A DNA stretch of 64,000 nucleotides from Verrucomicrobiota bacterium (GTDB lineage: Bacteria > Actinomycetota > Thermoleophilia > Gaiellales > Gaiellaceae), in the NCBI GenBank assembly GCA_050258035.1, contig JBLMYA010000092.1:24433-88432 (forward strand). The letters run 5' to 3'. Below the pieces are notes generated by a model. That model searched no databases. It saw only the letters and a list, made by a program, of their open reading frames with translations, and was not told the DNA's origin. Positions 9,561 through 18,671 of the stretch are shown one piece after another. Each line of letters starts with the position of its first letter. Positions within the stretch are counted from its first letter, which is position 1. A program made the translations under genes and the position numbers.

Positions 9561-10055
9561 CTACGGCGTGACCGTGAGCTGTTGGCCCTCGATGGCGGGC
9601 TGCTGGAAGATGCCGAACCGCCCGTCCTCGGTCTTGAAGACGATCCGGAACGGGACGACGCCGAGCGGGTAGTCGACCGGAATCGCCCAGGCGGCGCTCC
9701 AGAAGCTGACCCGGTTCGGGGCGGTTCCGTGCGCACCCCAGTTGAGCGCGAGGTTCGGCTGGCCCGGGATCTTCACGTACGCGTACTTGATCTCCAGCGG
9801 TGTCAGCGGCTTGCCGGTCGTGGAGTTCATCGCCCACGCCCGGAAGACGACGCGCGCTTTCCGCGGGAACAGGTTCGTCTGCGTGCAGACCCGGGAGAGC
9901 TTCACGTCGCCGCGGGAAGAGGAGACGGTGTCCGCGTAGACGGGGACCGGCACCTTCGGCGACGGGTACGGAGCCTGGGCGGCCGCGGGAACGGCAAGTG
10001 CCGCGAGTGCGCCGACCGCCACCGTTGCTCCGATTGCGATCCTGAAGGGTTTCAT
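9561..10055 (-). CDS. Exported small protein, paralogue of 10075..10578
   Basis: 164 aa, GAGGAG RBS, signal peptide ending AAAQA. Shares the YPLGVVPF...GR.G.FQQ...QLTV C-terminal motif with its neighbour. Confidence 0.75.
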   Translation of the reverse strand: MKPFRIAIGATVAVGALAALAVPAAAQAPYPSPKVPVPVYADTVSSSRGDVKLSRVCTQTNLFPRKARVVFRAWAMNSTTGKPLTPLEIKYAYVKIPGQPNLALNWGAHGTAPNRVSFWSAAWAIPVDYPLGVVPFRIVFKTEDGRFGIFQQPAIEGQQLTVTP

Positions 10056-10074
10056 GGTGTCACTCCTCTTCCGG

Positions 10075-10578
10075 TTAGGGCTTGGCGATGACGGTCAACT
10101 GCGCGGCGGCAACGGGCGCCTGCTGGAACATCCCGTGTCGACCCGACCTGGTCGTGAGCAGGACCTTGAAGGGGACGACCCCGAGCGGGTACGTCTCGGG
10201 GATGGTCCACGTGCCCGTCCAGACGTACGGCGCCTTCGCGGCGGTCCCCAGCTTCCCGTAGGTCAGCTTCACGTTCGGCTGGCTGGGGATGGAGACGTAG
10301 AAGTACTTCGCGTCCGTCGCCGTGACGACCCTGTGCGACTTCAGGTCGACCGCGTACACCTGGAAACGAACCGCCGACGTCTGGGGGAAGAAGTTCTCCT
10401 GCTTCCCGACCACGGCCGGCGTGTACGCGGCGTTGGCCGCCGTCAGCGTGTGCGCCGAGACGAAGACCTGCGTGGCACCGCCCGGCCAGGCGGGGGGCTC
10501 GGGCGTCTGCGCGAGCACGGGTGTCACGAGCGCCGCTGCGCCGAGGACGACGCTCGTGGCGATGAGCAGTCTGTTCAT
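10075..10578 (-). CDS. Exported small protein, paralogue of 9561..10055
   Basis: ATG at 10578 (MNRLLIATSVVLGAAALVTPVLAQ signal peptide), 167 aa. The upstream part of track ORF 10075..11163 is spurious. Confidence 0.75.
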   Translation of the reverse strand: MNRLLIATSVVLGAAALVTPVLAQTPEPPAWPGGATQVFVSAHTLTAANAAYTPAVVGKQENFFPQTSAVRFQVYAVDLKSHRVVTATDAKYFYVSIPSQPNVKLTYGKLGTAAKAPYVWTGTWTIPETYPLGVVPFKVLLTTRSGRHGMFQQAPVAAAQLTVIAKP

Positions 10579-10613
10579 GATGTTCCTTTCGTCTGCCGGG
10601 AAACGAGCGAGGA

Positions 10614-11126
10614 TCAGGCGGTCAGCGTTCCGAGGAACTTCACCGTGAAGGCACCGGTCGACTTCGTGAAGGCACCGGTGAACTTGAAGGTGCCCTTCGC
10701 CTTCAGGTACTTGCGGGTACCGCCCTTGAAGGTCGCACGCCCGGAGACGCTGAAGGCCTCGCCGCTCTGGTCGGGGCACGCAGTTCCGCCGGTTGGGGCG
10801 ATCACGAAGTTGAGCCTCCCGGTCGGCGTCGTGATCGCGCCCGGACCGCCGAATGTCCCGCAGGGATCGCTGCCGATGCCCTTGCCCAGGCCCGTCAGCT
10901 TGCTCCTCCCGACCGGGACGGTCGCGGTTCCGAGCCCGGCGACCGACGAGATGGTGGCGGTGTTGTCCTGGATCTTCACGACCGCGGTTCCCTTGTAGGC
11001 CGCCGCGAAGCGGTAGTTCTTGGGCTTGGGCAGGATGCTGGACGTGGAGAGACCGCTGCTCACCACCATGCCGGCAGTGGCTGCGACGGCAACCAGGACG
11101 AGGGGAATTCGGAGGTTCATCATCAT
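10614..11126 (-). CDS. Exported small beta-rich protein, unknown function
   Basis: 170 aa, AAAGGAG RBS 4 nt before ATGATGATG, hydrophobic signal sequence. Ends in a Gly/Thr/Lys-rich C-terminus (KGTFKFTGAFTKSTGAFTVKF). Confidence 0.7.
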   Translation of the reverse strand: MMMNLRIPLVLVAVAATAGMVVSSGLSTSSILPKPKNYRFAAAYKGTAVVKIQDNTATISSVAGLGTATVPVGRSKLTGLGKGIGSDPCGTFGGPGAITTPTGRLNFVIAPTGGTACPDQSGEAFSVSGRATFKGGTRKYLKAKGTFKFTGAFTKSTGAFTVKFLGTLTA

Positions 11127-11281
11127 CGGACTCCTTTCGGTGTCCCGTAACGGGCGTGGTCAATTTCGCCCAGCCTGGTTCCCCGGGCCCCGAACGGCAT
11201 CGGAAGGTGCACTGACTGCACTACGTAGATGCCCCTAGTCCGAATTGCTCGGAAGCCGCCGCTCCGACGTCTCGGCCCGCG

Positions 11282-11713
11282 TCAGCGAACGACGATCGTG
11301 AGCACGAGCACGTTGTCGGGACCCAGCGTCTGCAGCCCCACGTCGGCCGACGCCTGGACGTTCGTCGCGGTCAAGCGGTAGATCCCGCTCCTCGGAAAGG
11401 TGATCGCGCGGCTGGTGCCGCGGACGATGCGGGGATTGCCGAGGACGATTCGCGGGCCGCGGACCTGCGCGAGGTCGAAGTCCATCGGGCACGTCGGCCT
11501 GATCACGAGCCGCGTCCCCCGCCGGATGGTGATCGTGGCCGATGGGCCGAGCACCTTGCCCGATGCCCACACGTGGCAGCCGTGCAGCGTGTGGAGGATC
11601 GAGAGTCGAACGATCGGGGAAGCCGCGGCGATCCCGCCGATCGAACCCGATAGCGCGACGACCGCGAGGGCAGCCGCCAGAAGAAAGTGCCGACCGCGAA
11701 ATCGGAGCCGCAT
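11282..11713 (-). CDS. Exported cupredoxin-like-fold protein (tentative), unknown function
   Basis: ATG at 11713 gives MRLRFRGRHFLLAAALAVVALSGS signal peptide, 143 aa. Contains an HTLHGCHVW motif. The fold call is by pattern only. Confidence 0.55.
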   Translation of the reverse strand: MRLRFRGRHFLLAAALAVVALSGSIGGIAAASPIVRLSILHTLHGCHVWASGKVLGPSATITIRRGTRLVIRPTCPMDFDLAQVRGPRIVLGNPRIVRGTSRAITFPRSGIYRLTATNVQASADVGLQTLGPDNVLVLTIVVR

Positions 11714-11914
11714 GCCGAAACGATTGCCTCGCGGTGGCTCCCCCTTCATCCGCGGGCACGCTGGTCTAGCTCTCGGGTTTTCCCCTAGCCTCGAGGCGCC
11801 GACCGTTCCATGCCTCCCATGCAGACGCCTCGTTCTTGAACGCCTGCACGTGCCAGAGCTGCCCGTCGCAGGAAGTCGTCGAGCCACTCGCGCCGCAGGA
11901 GTACCGGCAGACGG

Positions 11915-13081
11915 TCAGCCCATCCCGCCGAAAGCCGTGCAGTCGACCCAGCCGCGCTTGATGTCGGCAACTGCGCGGGCGAAGGCCCGGTACGACGGCT
12001 TCGGCTGCCAGTTCGCCCAGAGCAGGCCCGACTGCCAGCCGTCCAGCCCTCGCTCGTCCGCGAGCAGGAAGTTGAAGAACGCGCCGACATAGGGCTGGCA
12101 GGAGGCGAAGCGGAGGGCGTCGGCGAGCTGGGTCGCCTGATCGACCACCCGTCCGTCCGCGGCAGCCCGCCGTCCGTGGGCAACCGCGTCGAGCGCCCAG
12201 CGGTCGTTCTCGTGGCCGGCGTAGTCCAGCGCGAGGCCGTGCGCGACACGGGTCTGGAAGCCGTCCTCCATGTACCAGATCGACAGACGACGGCCGGGCA
12301 CCGGCTGCGCGGTCCCGGTGAACCCGTCGGTCAGCACCCGGACGAGCTTGTCGTGGTCGCCCTCGCCGATCGTGCCGCCGTCGTGGCGCGTCCACGGCGG
12401 CTCGGCCGAGGTGTTCGGGTACGGGTTGTGACCGACGGTGTCGAAGATTTGCCGGTCGCGTCCGCTCTCCCGGTACGCGGCCGCGAGCGCGGTGTAGAAG
12501 AGGACCGGCGACTCCGACGGGCGGGCCGCCGACGGGTCGTCGTTCCCGCGCGGCGCGCTCGCCGCGATCACGTTCACGCCGGCCCGGAAGGTGTGGAGCT
12601 CGTCCCAGCACTCGGCCAGCAGCTGCTCGTAGGCGGGCGCGGCCGCGCTCGAGCCGTCCGGAGCGAACTGTGGTCGCCAGAACCGGCCGGAGTTCGGCTC
12701 GTTCCAGATCACGACGTCGTTCACCTCCGGCGCGAGCGCGAGCAGGCGCACCACGTAGCCGCAATACTGGCGCCTGAACCGCGCGATCAGCGGCGCGTGC
12801 CGCGCACGCGAGTAGACCGCGAGCACGAGTCGCCGCCCCCGGGCGGTGTCCTCGGCGCGCCGCAGGGCGAGAACGGTCGGGCCACGCGGGCTGGACTCTC
12901 CCGGCGACCACCGGAGCGTGACTCGCACCGCGCCGATTCCGAGCCGGGCCATGTGGCCGCGGACGACCGCGGGTCTCGTCGGCGACCACTTCATCATGTC
13001 CTCCGAGACGCCGATCAGCAGCCTGTCGCCGGCGTGCGCGACGGGCGCCGTGAGCACGGCCGCGAGGACTGCGGGGGCCAA
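11915..13081 (-). CDS. Exported glycoside-hydrolase-like TIM-barrel protein (GH5-like NEP motif)
   Basis: 388 aa with a TTG start. Has a short signal peptide (AVLTAPVAHA) and VVIWNEPN, the acid/base motif typical of clan GH-A. Confidence 0.6.
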   Translation of the reverse strand: MAPAVLAAVLTAPVAHAGDRLLIGVSEDMMKWSPTRPAVVRGHMARLGIGAVRVTLRWSPGESSPRGPTVLALRRAEDTARGRRLVLAVYSRARHAPLIARFRRQYCGYVVRLLALAPEVNDVVIWNEPNSGRFWRPQFAPDGSSAAAPAYEQLLAECWDELHTFRAGVNVIAASAPRGNDDPSAARPSESPVLFYTALAAAYRESGRDRQIFDTVGHNPYPNTSAEPPWTRHDGGTIGEGDHDKLVRVLTDGFTGTAQPVPGRRLSIWYMEDGFQTRVAHGLALDYAGHENDRWALDAVAHGRRAAADGRVVDQATQLADALRFASCQPYVGAFFNFLLADERGLDGWQSGLLWANWQPKPSYRAFARAVADIKRGWVDCTAFGGMG

Positions 13082-13363
13082 CGACCGTAGTAGGATCTCT
13101 TCCTCTCCCGCACGCGATTCTGGAGCGCGGGAGGGCGCCTCTCAATGGGCCGAACGGCCTAACTTCTCGCAGGTGGGACGCGCCGCGGCCGGCTTCGATG
13201 CGTTCACCGCGATCGCCGACGGAACCGGCGTCTTCTGCTGGACGGCCTCCGCGGGCCGCGGGGCGCCGGCGGATCCATCGGCTCGACGCTGCGCCGCTCC
13301 GTGTCGTGCCCGACTGGACGGCCGAGTACGAGGTCTTCTGGCAGGCGAGTGCCACGACGAGTA

Positions 13364-13687
13364 CTAGGCCCGGGTGAGCTCGACCGCGCGGCGGGCCTCG
13401 AGCTCGAAGCGGTTGTCCGCGTAGCCGCGGAGGTACGAGAGCGGCATCCGGATCGGCTCGTGCTGCATCTGCCAGACGTGGCAGAGCTCGTGCGTGACGA
13501 GGTCGTCGCCGGCCTCGTGCACCGGGCGCCGCAGGACGACCGTCCCCCACGCCGAGTAGCCGTCGAAGCGCCCAAACCACGGCAGCCGGAAGAGCCACGG
13601 CCAGACGACGATCCGCACCCGGTCGATCCGCACCGGGTTCGGGTAGAGATCGAGCCGATCGAGCCGCGCCTTGGCGCGCTCGAGCAC
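13364..13687 (-). CDS. Small HExxH protein, DUF4157-like zinc-metallopeptidase motif
   Basis: C-terminal 107 codons of track ORF 13364..14353. GTG at 13687 lies just after the upstream stop (13708). The motif DDLVTHELCHVWQMQ resembles the DUF4157 HELxHVxQ signature. Start is uncertain. Confidence 0.5.
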   Translation of the reverse strand: MLERAKARLDRLDLYPNPVRIDRVRIVVWPWLFRLPWFGRFDGYSAWGTVVLRRPVHEAGDDLVTHELCHVWQMQHEPIRMPLSYLRGYADNRFELEARRAVELTRA

Positions 13688-13707
13688 GGCGCGGTCGGTT
13701 GCGTCGT

Positions 13708-14529
13708 TCAGCCGGTGACGGGGGAGAGGATGACCAGCACGCTCTGGTCGGCTGCCTGCTGGAAGTCGTAGTGGAACACCCGTCCGGCGGTCAGCATCTC
13801 GATCCCGTTGGCCTGCGCCGGCGTCAACGACCCCGGTGTCATCTTCACCTCGCCGGGTGGGAGTGCGTTCTCGAGGGTCGTCTGGAGCTCGGGGCCGAGG
13901 GCGGAGCGGGGAAGGAACACGGCGCGGTTGAACAACGGGCTCTGCTGCGACACGCCTGCCGGCGGGGGCATGAAGGCGAGCACGTAGTCCGCCTGAGGCA
14001 GGTAGTGGAACGTGTAGAGCGCGAGCTCGAGCGCCTCGCGGCGCACGAGCCGGCCGCGGGCGAGCGTCGCCCGGCCGGGGATGGCTCGGTTCGCCCCGGC
14101 TCCGACCAGCTGGTAGAAGACGCCGCTCTCCGGAAAGGCGATGTCGAGTCGCTCCTGTGCCACGCCTGCCCTGCCGGAGCGGATGAGGATCGCGGACACG
14201 GGGATCGGACCCTGCGAGGACTCGATCTGCATCGGCCCCGCGACGACCGACGTGAAGAGCGCGCCGTTCTCCAGGTGGTATCGCCCCGACACGTGCCGGG
14301 CGATCTCGCGCACGCCGAGCGTGCCGGTCGCCTGCGGGGCCCAGGACGACCATGCCTGCTTCTGCTGGTGGCCGTCGTCGCGGGTCCCGAACACGACGAC
14401 GAGACCAACAGCCACCCCGACGATCGCGGCCAGCACGAGGTACGCGACGGCGAACCTCCGGCGGGAGACCGACGGCTCGGGCTTCGGCCGAGCGAGGGGG
14501 GTGGGCTGCTCGCTCACAATGTCGGCCAC
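13708..14529 (-). CDS. Single-pass membrane-anchored protein, unknown function
   Basis: 273 aa, GTG start preceded by GAGGAGG. Has a TM helix AVAYLVLAAIVGVAVGLVVVFG followed by an extracytoplasmic domain. Overlaps the upstream gene by 16 nt. Confidence 0.7.
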   Translation of the reverse strand: MADIVSEQPTPLARPKPEPSVSRRRFAVAYLVLAAIVGVAVGLVVVFGTRDDGHQQKQAWSSWAPQATGTLGVREIARHVSGRYHLENGALFTSVVAGPMQIESSQGPIPVSAILIRSGRAGVAQERLDIAFPESGVFYQLVGAGANRAIPGRATLARGRLVRREALELALYTFHYLPQADYVLAFMPPPAGVSQQSPLFNRAVFLPRSALGPELQTTLENALPPGEVKMTPGSLTPAQANGIEMLTAGRVFHYDFQQAADQSVLVILSPVTG

Positions 14530-16928
14530 GTTTCCTCCTCGGACAGGTCGATCGTCGGCTCCTTCAGCTCGACCGAGTTGAGGAGGTCGATCAGCTCGTC
14601 GCCGTACAGCTCCTTGCGGGCGACGAGATGGTCGGCGATCGTCTCGACGCCGTGCTTGTTCTGGGCGATGAGCTGGTAGGCGGTCACGTACGCCTGCCCG
14701 ATGATCTGCGCGGCGAGCTGGCGCTTGTCGAAGTCGCGCAGGACGGCGGCGATCGAGTCGTGCTGGAAGTCGCCGCTCGCGCGGTTCATCAGCTGGAGCC
14801 CGATCGACTCGAACCGCTTCGCGACCCGCTTCCGCTCCTCCTCACGCCGCTCCACGCTCCGCCGTGCCGAGGTGTCGATCGGGATCGGATCCGGGCCCAT
14901 GCCGGAGACGCCGACCATCCAGGCCGCGCGCCCGGTTGCGCTCTGCAGGTCGCCGCCGACGCCGGTGGCGTTCTCCCCGTAGAAGACCTGCTCCGCGGCG
15001 AGCGCGCCGAGCGTCCACGCCAGCTTCGCCATCTCCTCGCTCTTCCACGAGCTGAAACGCTCCTCCTTCTCGAGCGCCTGGTGGTGCCCCAGCGACCCGG
15101 CGCGCATGCGGATCGAGATCCTGGTCGACTCGGCGCCCTTGAGGAGGACGTGGGCGGCCGCGGCGTGGCCGGCCTCGTGGATCGCGACCGCGCGGGTCTC
15201 CTCCGGGACGTACTCGACGCCGACCGCGGTGCCCGACTCGACGGTGGTCATCGCCTCGATGATGTCCTCGCGGTTGAAGCTCTCACGTGCGTCGTGGTGC
15301 GCGCGGGTCAGCGCCATCGAGCAGACCTGCTCCACCATCGCCGGCGAGTAGCCGTTGGTGATCCGCGCGAGCTCGTCGCGCGCGCGCTCGGTGTCGAGCT
15401 CGGGGTCGTGGTCGACCTTGGCGAGGTAGAGGTTGAAGATGTCCTCGCGGTCTCGCTTCGTCGGTGTCCGGAACCACACGTGCCGGCCCATCCGGCCGGG
15501 GCGGCGGAGCGCCGGGTCGAGCGCCTCGAGCGGCACGTTGGTCGCCCCGATGAAGTAGATCTGGTTGCCCGCGGGCCGGGCCGCCGGCAGGCGCATCGAG
15601 ACCTTGCCCACCCGGCGCGGGACGACGTACGTGGCGTCGAGGAAGTTGTTGATCCGGTTCGTCCAGAAGCGCCGCCAGAAGGGCGGGTTGTCGATCCCGT
15701 CCATCGTCACCAGCAGCTGGTTGAGCGCCAGCTGGCCCATCCCGCCGAACATCCCCGGGAAGACGCCCTGGTTGACGATGCCCGCGAGGCGCGTGTACCA
15801 GCCGGGGTAGGGCGACGGCCCCCACGGCTCGCGCTCGGCGAAGAGGCGGTCGCGCCAGCCGCGGGTCTCGAGGATCAGATCGCCGGACGAGGTCAAGGCG
15901 CCGTACGGCCCGTAGAAGCAGTTGTCGTCGAAGCGGCCGGTGGTCGCGATCATCGACGGCGCCCCGCCGAGAGAGGCGCGGCGCATCCCCACCGCGTCGA
16001 TCTCGTCGATGAAGACGATGCACTGGCCGCCCCACTTGGACGCGAGGCGCTTCGCCTTACGGGCGAGGTAGCGGACGATCAGCGCGTCGATCCCGATGAA
16101 CGTCTGCGCGAACCCGGAGCCCGGGATGGTGACGAAGGGCGAGTTGAAGCCGGTCGCGATCGCCTTCGCGAGCATCGTCTTGCCGGTGCCGGGAGCGCCG
16201 TGGAAGAGGATCCCGCGCTCGCGGCGACCGCCCGCCTTCTCGAACGCCTCACCCGACTGCCAGAGATTGACGATCCGGCGCACCTCCTCCTTCGCCTCCG
16301 CCTGTCCCCGCACGTCCTCGAGCTTCACGCCCCAGTTGGCGTCGCCCGGCTCGAAGCCCTTTATCTGCGAGATGCCCATCAGCATCATCGGCCCCATGAA
16401 GATCAGGAAGTTGGCGAGGAAGAGGAAGAGGACGAGGAACGCCTGCGTCCACCAGGTTCGGCTCGTGATCGCGTCCGCGACCCCGTTCGCCATCGAGGTC
16501 GCCGTCCCCCACCAGGTGACGTCGCCGCCGAAGACCCACTGCACGACGAACACGACCGTGACGATCGACGCGACGATCAGGAGGAACTTGAAGACCGAGC
16601 GCCAGAACCAGGCGCGGCGGCGGTTGACGACGTCCTCCTCGCGCACCTGCGCGTCGTCCACCGCGAACAGGCTCGGCCAGGGGATGAACCGCCGGAAGAC
16701 GAGGTCGAGCAGTCCGCGGAACGCGAAGACCGCGAGCGCGGTGGCGACGAGCGCCCACCCGAACGACACGTCCTGCGCCTGCCACAGCCAGAGGAACGCC
16801 GCCGGGGCGCAGAGGACGGCGACCACCGTCGCCGACCGTCGAAGTGCCCGCCACTGGTCGTTCAGAGCGCGCTGTTCTTCGGGGGCCGAGAGCGCAGGCG
16901 GCTGTACGGCGTCGTCTGCACTACTCAT
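14514..16928 (-). CDS. Divergent FtsH-like AAA+ zinc metalloprotease paralogue
   Basis: 804 aa with Walker A GAPGTGKT, Walker B IVFIDEIDA, SRH ATNVPLEALDPALRRPGRMGR and protease motif AIHEAGHA. It has about 4 N-terminal TM helices and two large insertions within the AAA module. Confidence 0.8.
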   Translation of the reverse strand: MSSADDAVQPPALSAPEEQRALNDQWRALRRSATVVAVLCAPAAFLWLWQAQDVSFGWALVATALAVFAFRGLLDLVFRRFIPWPSLFAVDDAQVREEDVVNRRRAWFWRSVFKFLLIVASIVTVVFVVQWVFGGDVTWWGTATSMANGVADAITSRTWWTQAFLVLFLFLANFLIFMGPMMLMGISQIKGFEPGDANWGVKLEDVRGQAEAKEEVRRIVNLWQSGEAFEKAGGRRERGILFHGAPGTGKTMLAKAIATGFNSPFVTIPGSGFAQTFIGIDALIVRYLARKAKRLASKWGGQCIVFIDEIDAVGMRRASLGGAPSMIATTGRFDDNCFYGPYGALTSSGDLILETRGWRDRLFAEREPWGPSPYPGWYTRLAGIVNQGVFPGMFGGMGQLALNQLLVTMDGIDNPPFWRRFWTNRINNFLDATYVVPRRVGKVSMRLPAARPAGNQIYFIGATNVPLEALDPALRRPGRMGRHVWFRTPTKRDREDIFNLYLAKVDHDPELDTERARDELARITNGYSPAMVEQVCSMALTRAHHDARESFNREDIIEAMTTVESGTAVGVEYVPEETRAVAIHEAGHAAAAHVLLKGAESTRISIRMRAGSLGHHQALEKEERFSSWKSEEMAKLAWTLGALAAEQVFYGENATGVGGDLQSATGRAAWMVGVSGMGPDPIPIDTSARRSVERREEERKRVAKRFESIGLQLMNRASGDFQHDSIAAVLRDFDKRQLAAQIIGQAYVTAYQLIAQNKHGVETIADHLVARKELYGDELIDLLNSVELKEPTIDLSEEETWPTL

Positions 16929-16978
16929 TTCGCAAGTGTAAAGACGCGGGTTCTGGCGGTCGAGTTAGCCTGACGGGA

Positions 16979-17896
16979 GTGCACGCGCACGATCATGCGC
17001 ACCGCGTGGAGGGTGACCGGAAGCTTCTGATCGGCGCGCTCGCGCTGATCGTCGGTCTGATGGTCGTCGAGATCGTCGCAGGCATCCTCGCCGGCTCCCT
17101 CGCTCTCCTCGCCGACGCCGGGCATCTCGTCTCCGACGCGCTGGCGCTCGGATTCGCGGTCGTCGCCGCCACGCTCGCCGCGCGGCCGGCGCACGGCCGC
17201 TGGACGTACGGCCTCGGCCGGCTCGAGATCCTCTCCGCGCAGGCGAACGGCCTTCTGCTCGCGCTCGTCGGCATCTGGATCGTGTACGGGGCGATCCGCC
17301 GCCTGGTTTCTCCGGTCGACGTCCACGGCGGCGTCGTGCTGGCCGTCGCGCTCGCCGGAATCGCCGTCAACCTCGCTGCGACCGGGGTGCTTTCGCGTGC
17401 GAGCCGCGAGAGCCTGAACGTCCGCGGGGCGTTCCTACACGTCGCCACCGACCTGATCGCCTTCGTCGGCACCGCCGTCGCCGGACTGGTCGTCCTCCTC
17501 ACCGGCTGGGACCGCGTCGACCCGATCGCGGGGCTTCTGGTCGCCGCGCTGATGTTCTGGGCCGCCTTCGGGCTCGTTCGTGATTCGACCCGGGTGTTCC
17601 TCGAAGCCTCGCCGGGAAACATCGACCCGGACGACGTCGCCCGCGCGATCGTCGCCGTCCCCGATGTCCGCGAGGTGCACGACCTGCACGTCTGGACGCT
17701 GACGAGCGGCTTCCCGGTGCTCTCGGCGCACGTCCTCGTCGCGTCCGGCGCGGACTGCCACGGTCTCCGGCGCGATCTCGAGGCGATGCTCGCCGTCCGC
17801 TTCGGGCTGGACCACTCGACCCTCCAGGTCGAGCACGCGGCGGGGACGATGCAGATCGGGCCGTCCTTCCGGCGCCGCGCGCCGCTCAATCAGTAG
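16979..17896 (+). CDS. Cation diffusion facilitator (CzcD/ZitB-type) metal exporter
   Basis: His-rich N-terminus (V)HAHDHAH, LLADAGHLVSDALAL in TM2 and VHDLHVWTLTSG in the C-terminal domain. Start moved to GTG 16979 because track start 16844 overlaps the FtsH-like gene. Confidence 0.8.
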   Translation: MHAHDHAHRVEGDRKLLIGALALIVGLMVVEIVAGILAGSLALLADAGHLVSDALALGFAVVAATLAARPAHGRWTYGLGRLEILSAQANGLLLALVGIWIVYGAIRRLVSPVDVHGGVVLAVALAGIAVNLAATGVLSRASRESLNVRGAFLHVATDLIAFVGTAVAGLVVLLTGWDRVDPIAGLLVAALMFWAAFGLVRDSTRVFLEASPGNIDPDDVARAIVAVPDVREVHDLHVWTLTSGFPVLSAHVLVASGADCHGLRRDLEAMLAVRFGLDHSTLQVEHAAGTMQIGPSFRRRAPLNQ

Positions 17897-17906
17897 ATTC
17901 CCGGCC

Positions 17907-18647
17907 GTGCCGGCCATCTCGCTCGACGGCAAGACGGCGATCGTCACAGGCGCCTCCAGCGGCTTCGGCAAGACGACGGCCAAAGCGCTCCGCGAGGCGG
18001 GCGTGAAGGTCGGTGTCGGCGCGCGCCGCGTCGAGTTGCTCGAGGGGGACTTCGTGCACCGGCTCGACGTCACCGATCCCGAGAGCTGCGCCGCGTTCGT
18101 GGACGCAGCAGTGGAGGCGCTCGGTGGGCTCGACATCCTGGTCAACAACGCGGGCGGCGCGATCGGTCGCTACCCGTTCTGGGAGTCGAGCGAGGACGAC
18201 GAGGAGTGGATGATCGAGTCGAACGTCCATGGGCTGATGCGGATGACGCGCCTCTGCCTCCCACACATCCGCGACGGCGGACACATCGTCAACATGGACT
18301 CGATCGCCGGCCGGGGTGCCTACGAGAACGCGGCCGTCTACTGCGCGGTCAAGGCGGCCTCGGCGATGTTCAGCCAGGCCCTTCGTGAGGATCTCCTCGG
18401 GCGGCCGATCCGGGTGACCGCGCTCGCCCCCGGACTCGCCGGCGGGACCGAGTTCTCGCTCGTCCGTTTCAGGGGCGACGAGGAGAAGGCCAGGGCGGTC
18501 TACCAGGGCGTCGAGCCGCTGACCCCCGAGGACATCGCGGATTGCATCCTCTTCGCGTTGACGCGTCCGCTCCATGTGAACGTCGACGAGATCGTCGTCA
18601 AGGCCCTTGCGCAGACGAGCGGTGGCCGGATCCTTCGCGCGACCTGA
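17907..18647 (+). CDS. Short-chain dehydrogenase/reductase (SDR)
   Basis: TGASSGFG cofactor motif and YCAVKAA catalytic motif; 246 aa. Confidence 0.85.
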   Translation: MPAISLDGKTAIVTGASSGFGKTTAKALREAGVKVGVGARRVELLEGDFVHRLDVTDPESCAAFVDAAVEALGGLDILVNNAGGAIGRYPFWESSEDDEEWMIESNVHGLMRMTRLCLPHIRDGGHIVNMDSIAGRGAYENAAVYCAVKAASAMFSQALREDLLGRPIRVTALAPGLAGGTEFSLVRFRGDEEKARAVYQGVEPLTPEDIADCILFALTRPLHVNVDEIVVKALAQTSGGRILRAT

Positions 18648-18671
18648 CCGTTTCTCCCGGGGAGGAATGGC

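Noticed and set aside
9536-9736. Upstream extension of the secreted-protein ORF 7961..9736
   Set aside because: The extension is Ser/Arg-rich and non-protein-like. ATG 9535 has an AGGAGG RBS and is followed directly by a signal peptide.
13140-13367. Small plus-strand ORFs and a 7-bp-stem hairpin (CTCCCGC...GCGGGAG) in the 282-bp gap upstream of the GH-like gene
   Set aside because: The ORFs have no RBS and no recognisable product. The hairpin is short with a 15-nt loop and no U-tract, which is not enough to call a terminator or regulatory RNA.
14352-16973. 873-aa plus-strand ORF, and similar long ORFs 608..2014, 6580..7950, 26563..28560, 28587..30887, 30392..32251, 33131..34804, 33364..35250, 39639..41963
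   Set aside because: All are antisense or out-of-frame to genes with clear catalytic motifs, and all have Arg/Pro/Gly/Asp-dominated translations. They are GC-driven open frames.
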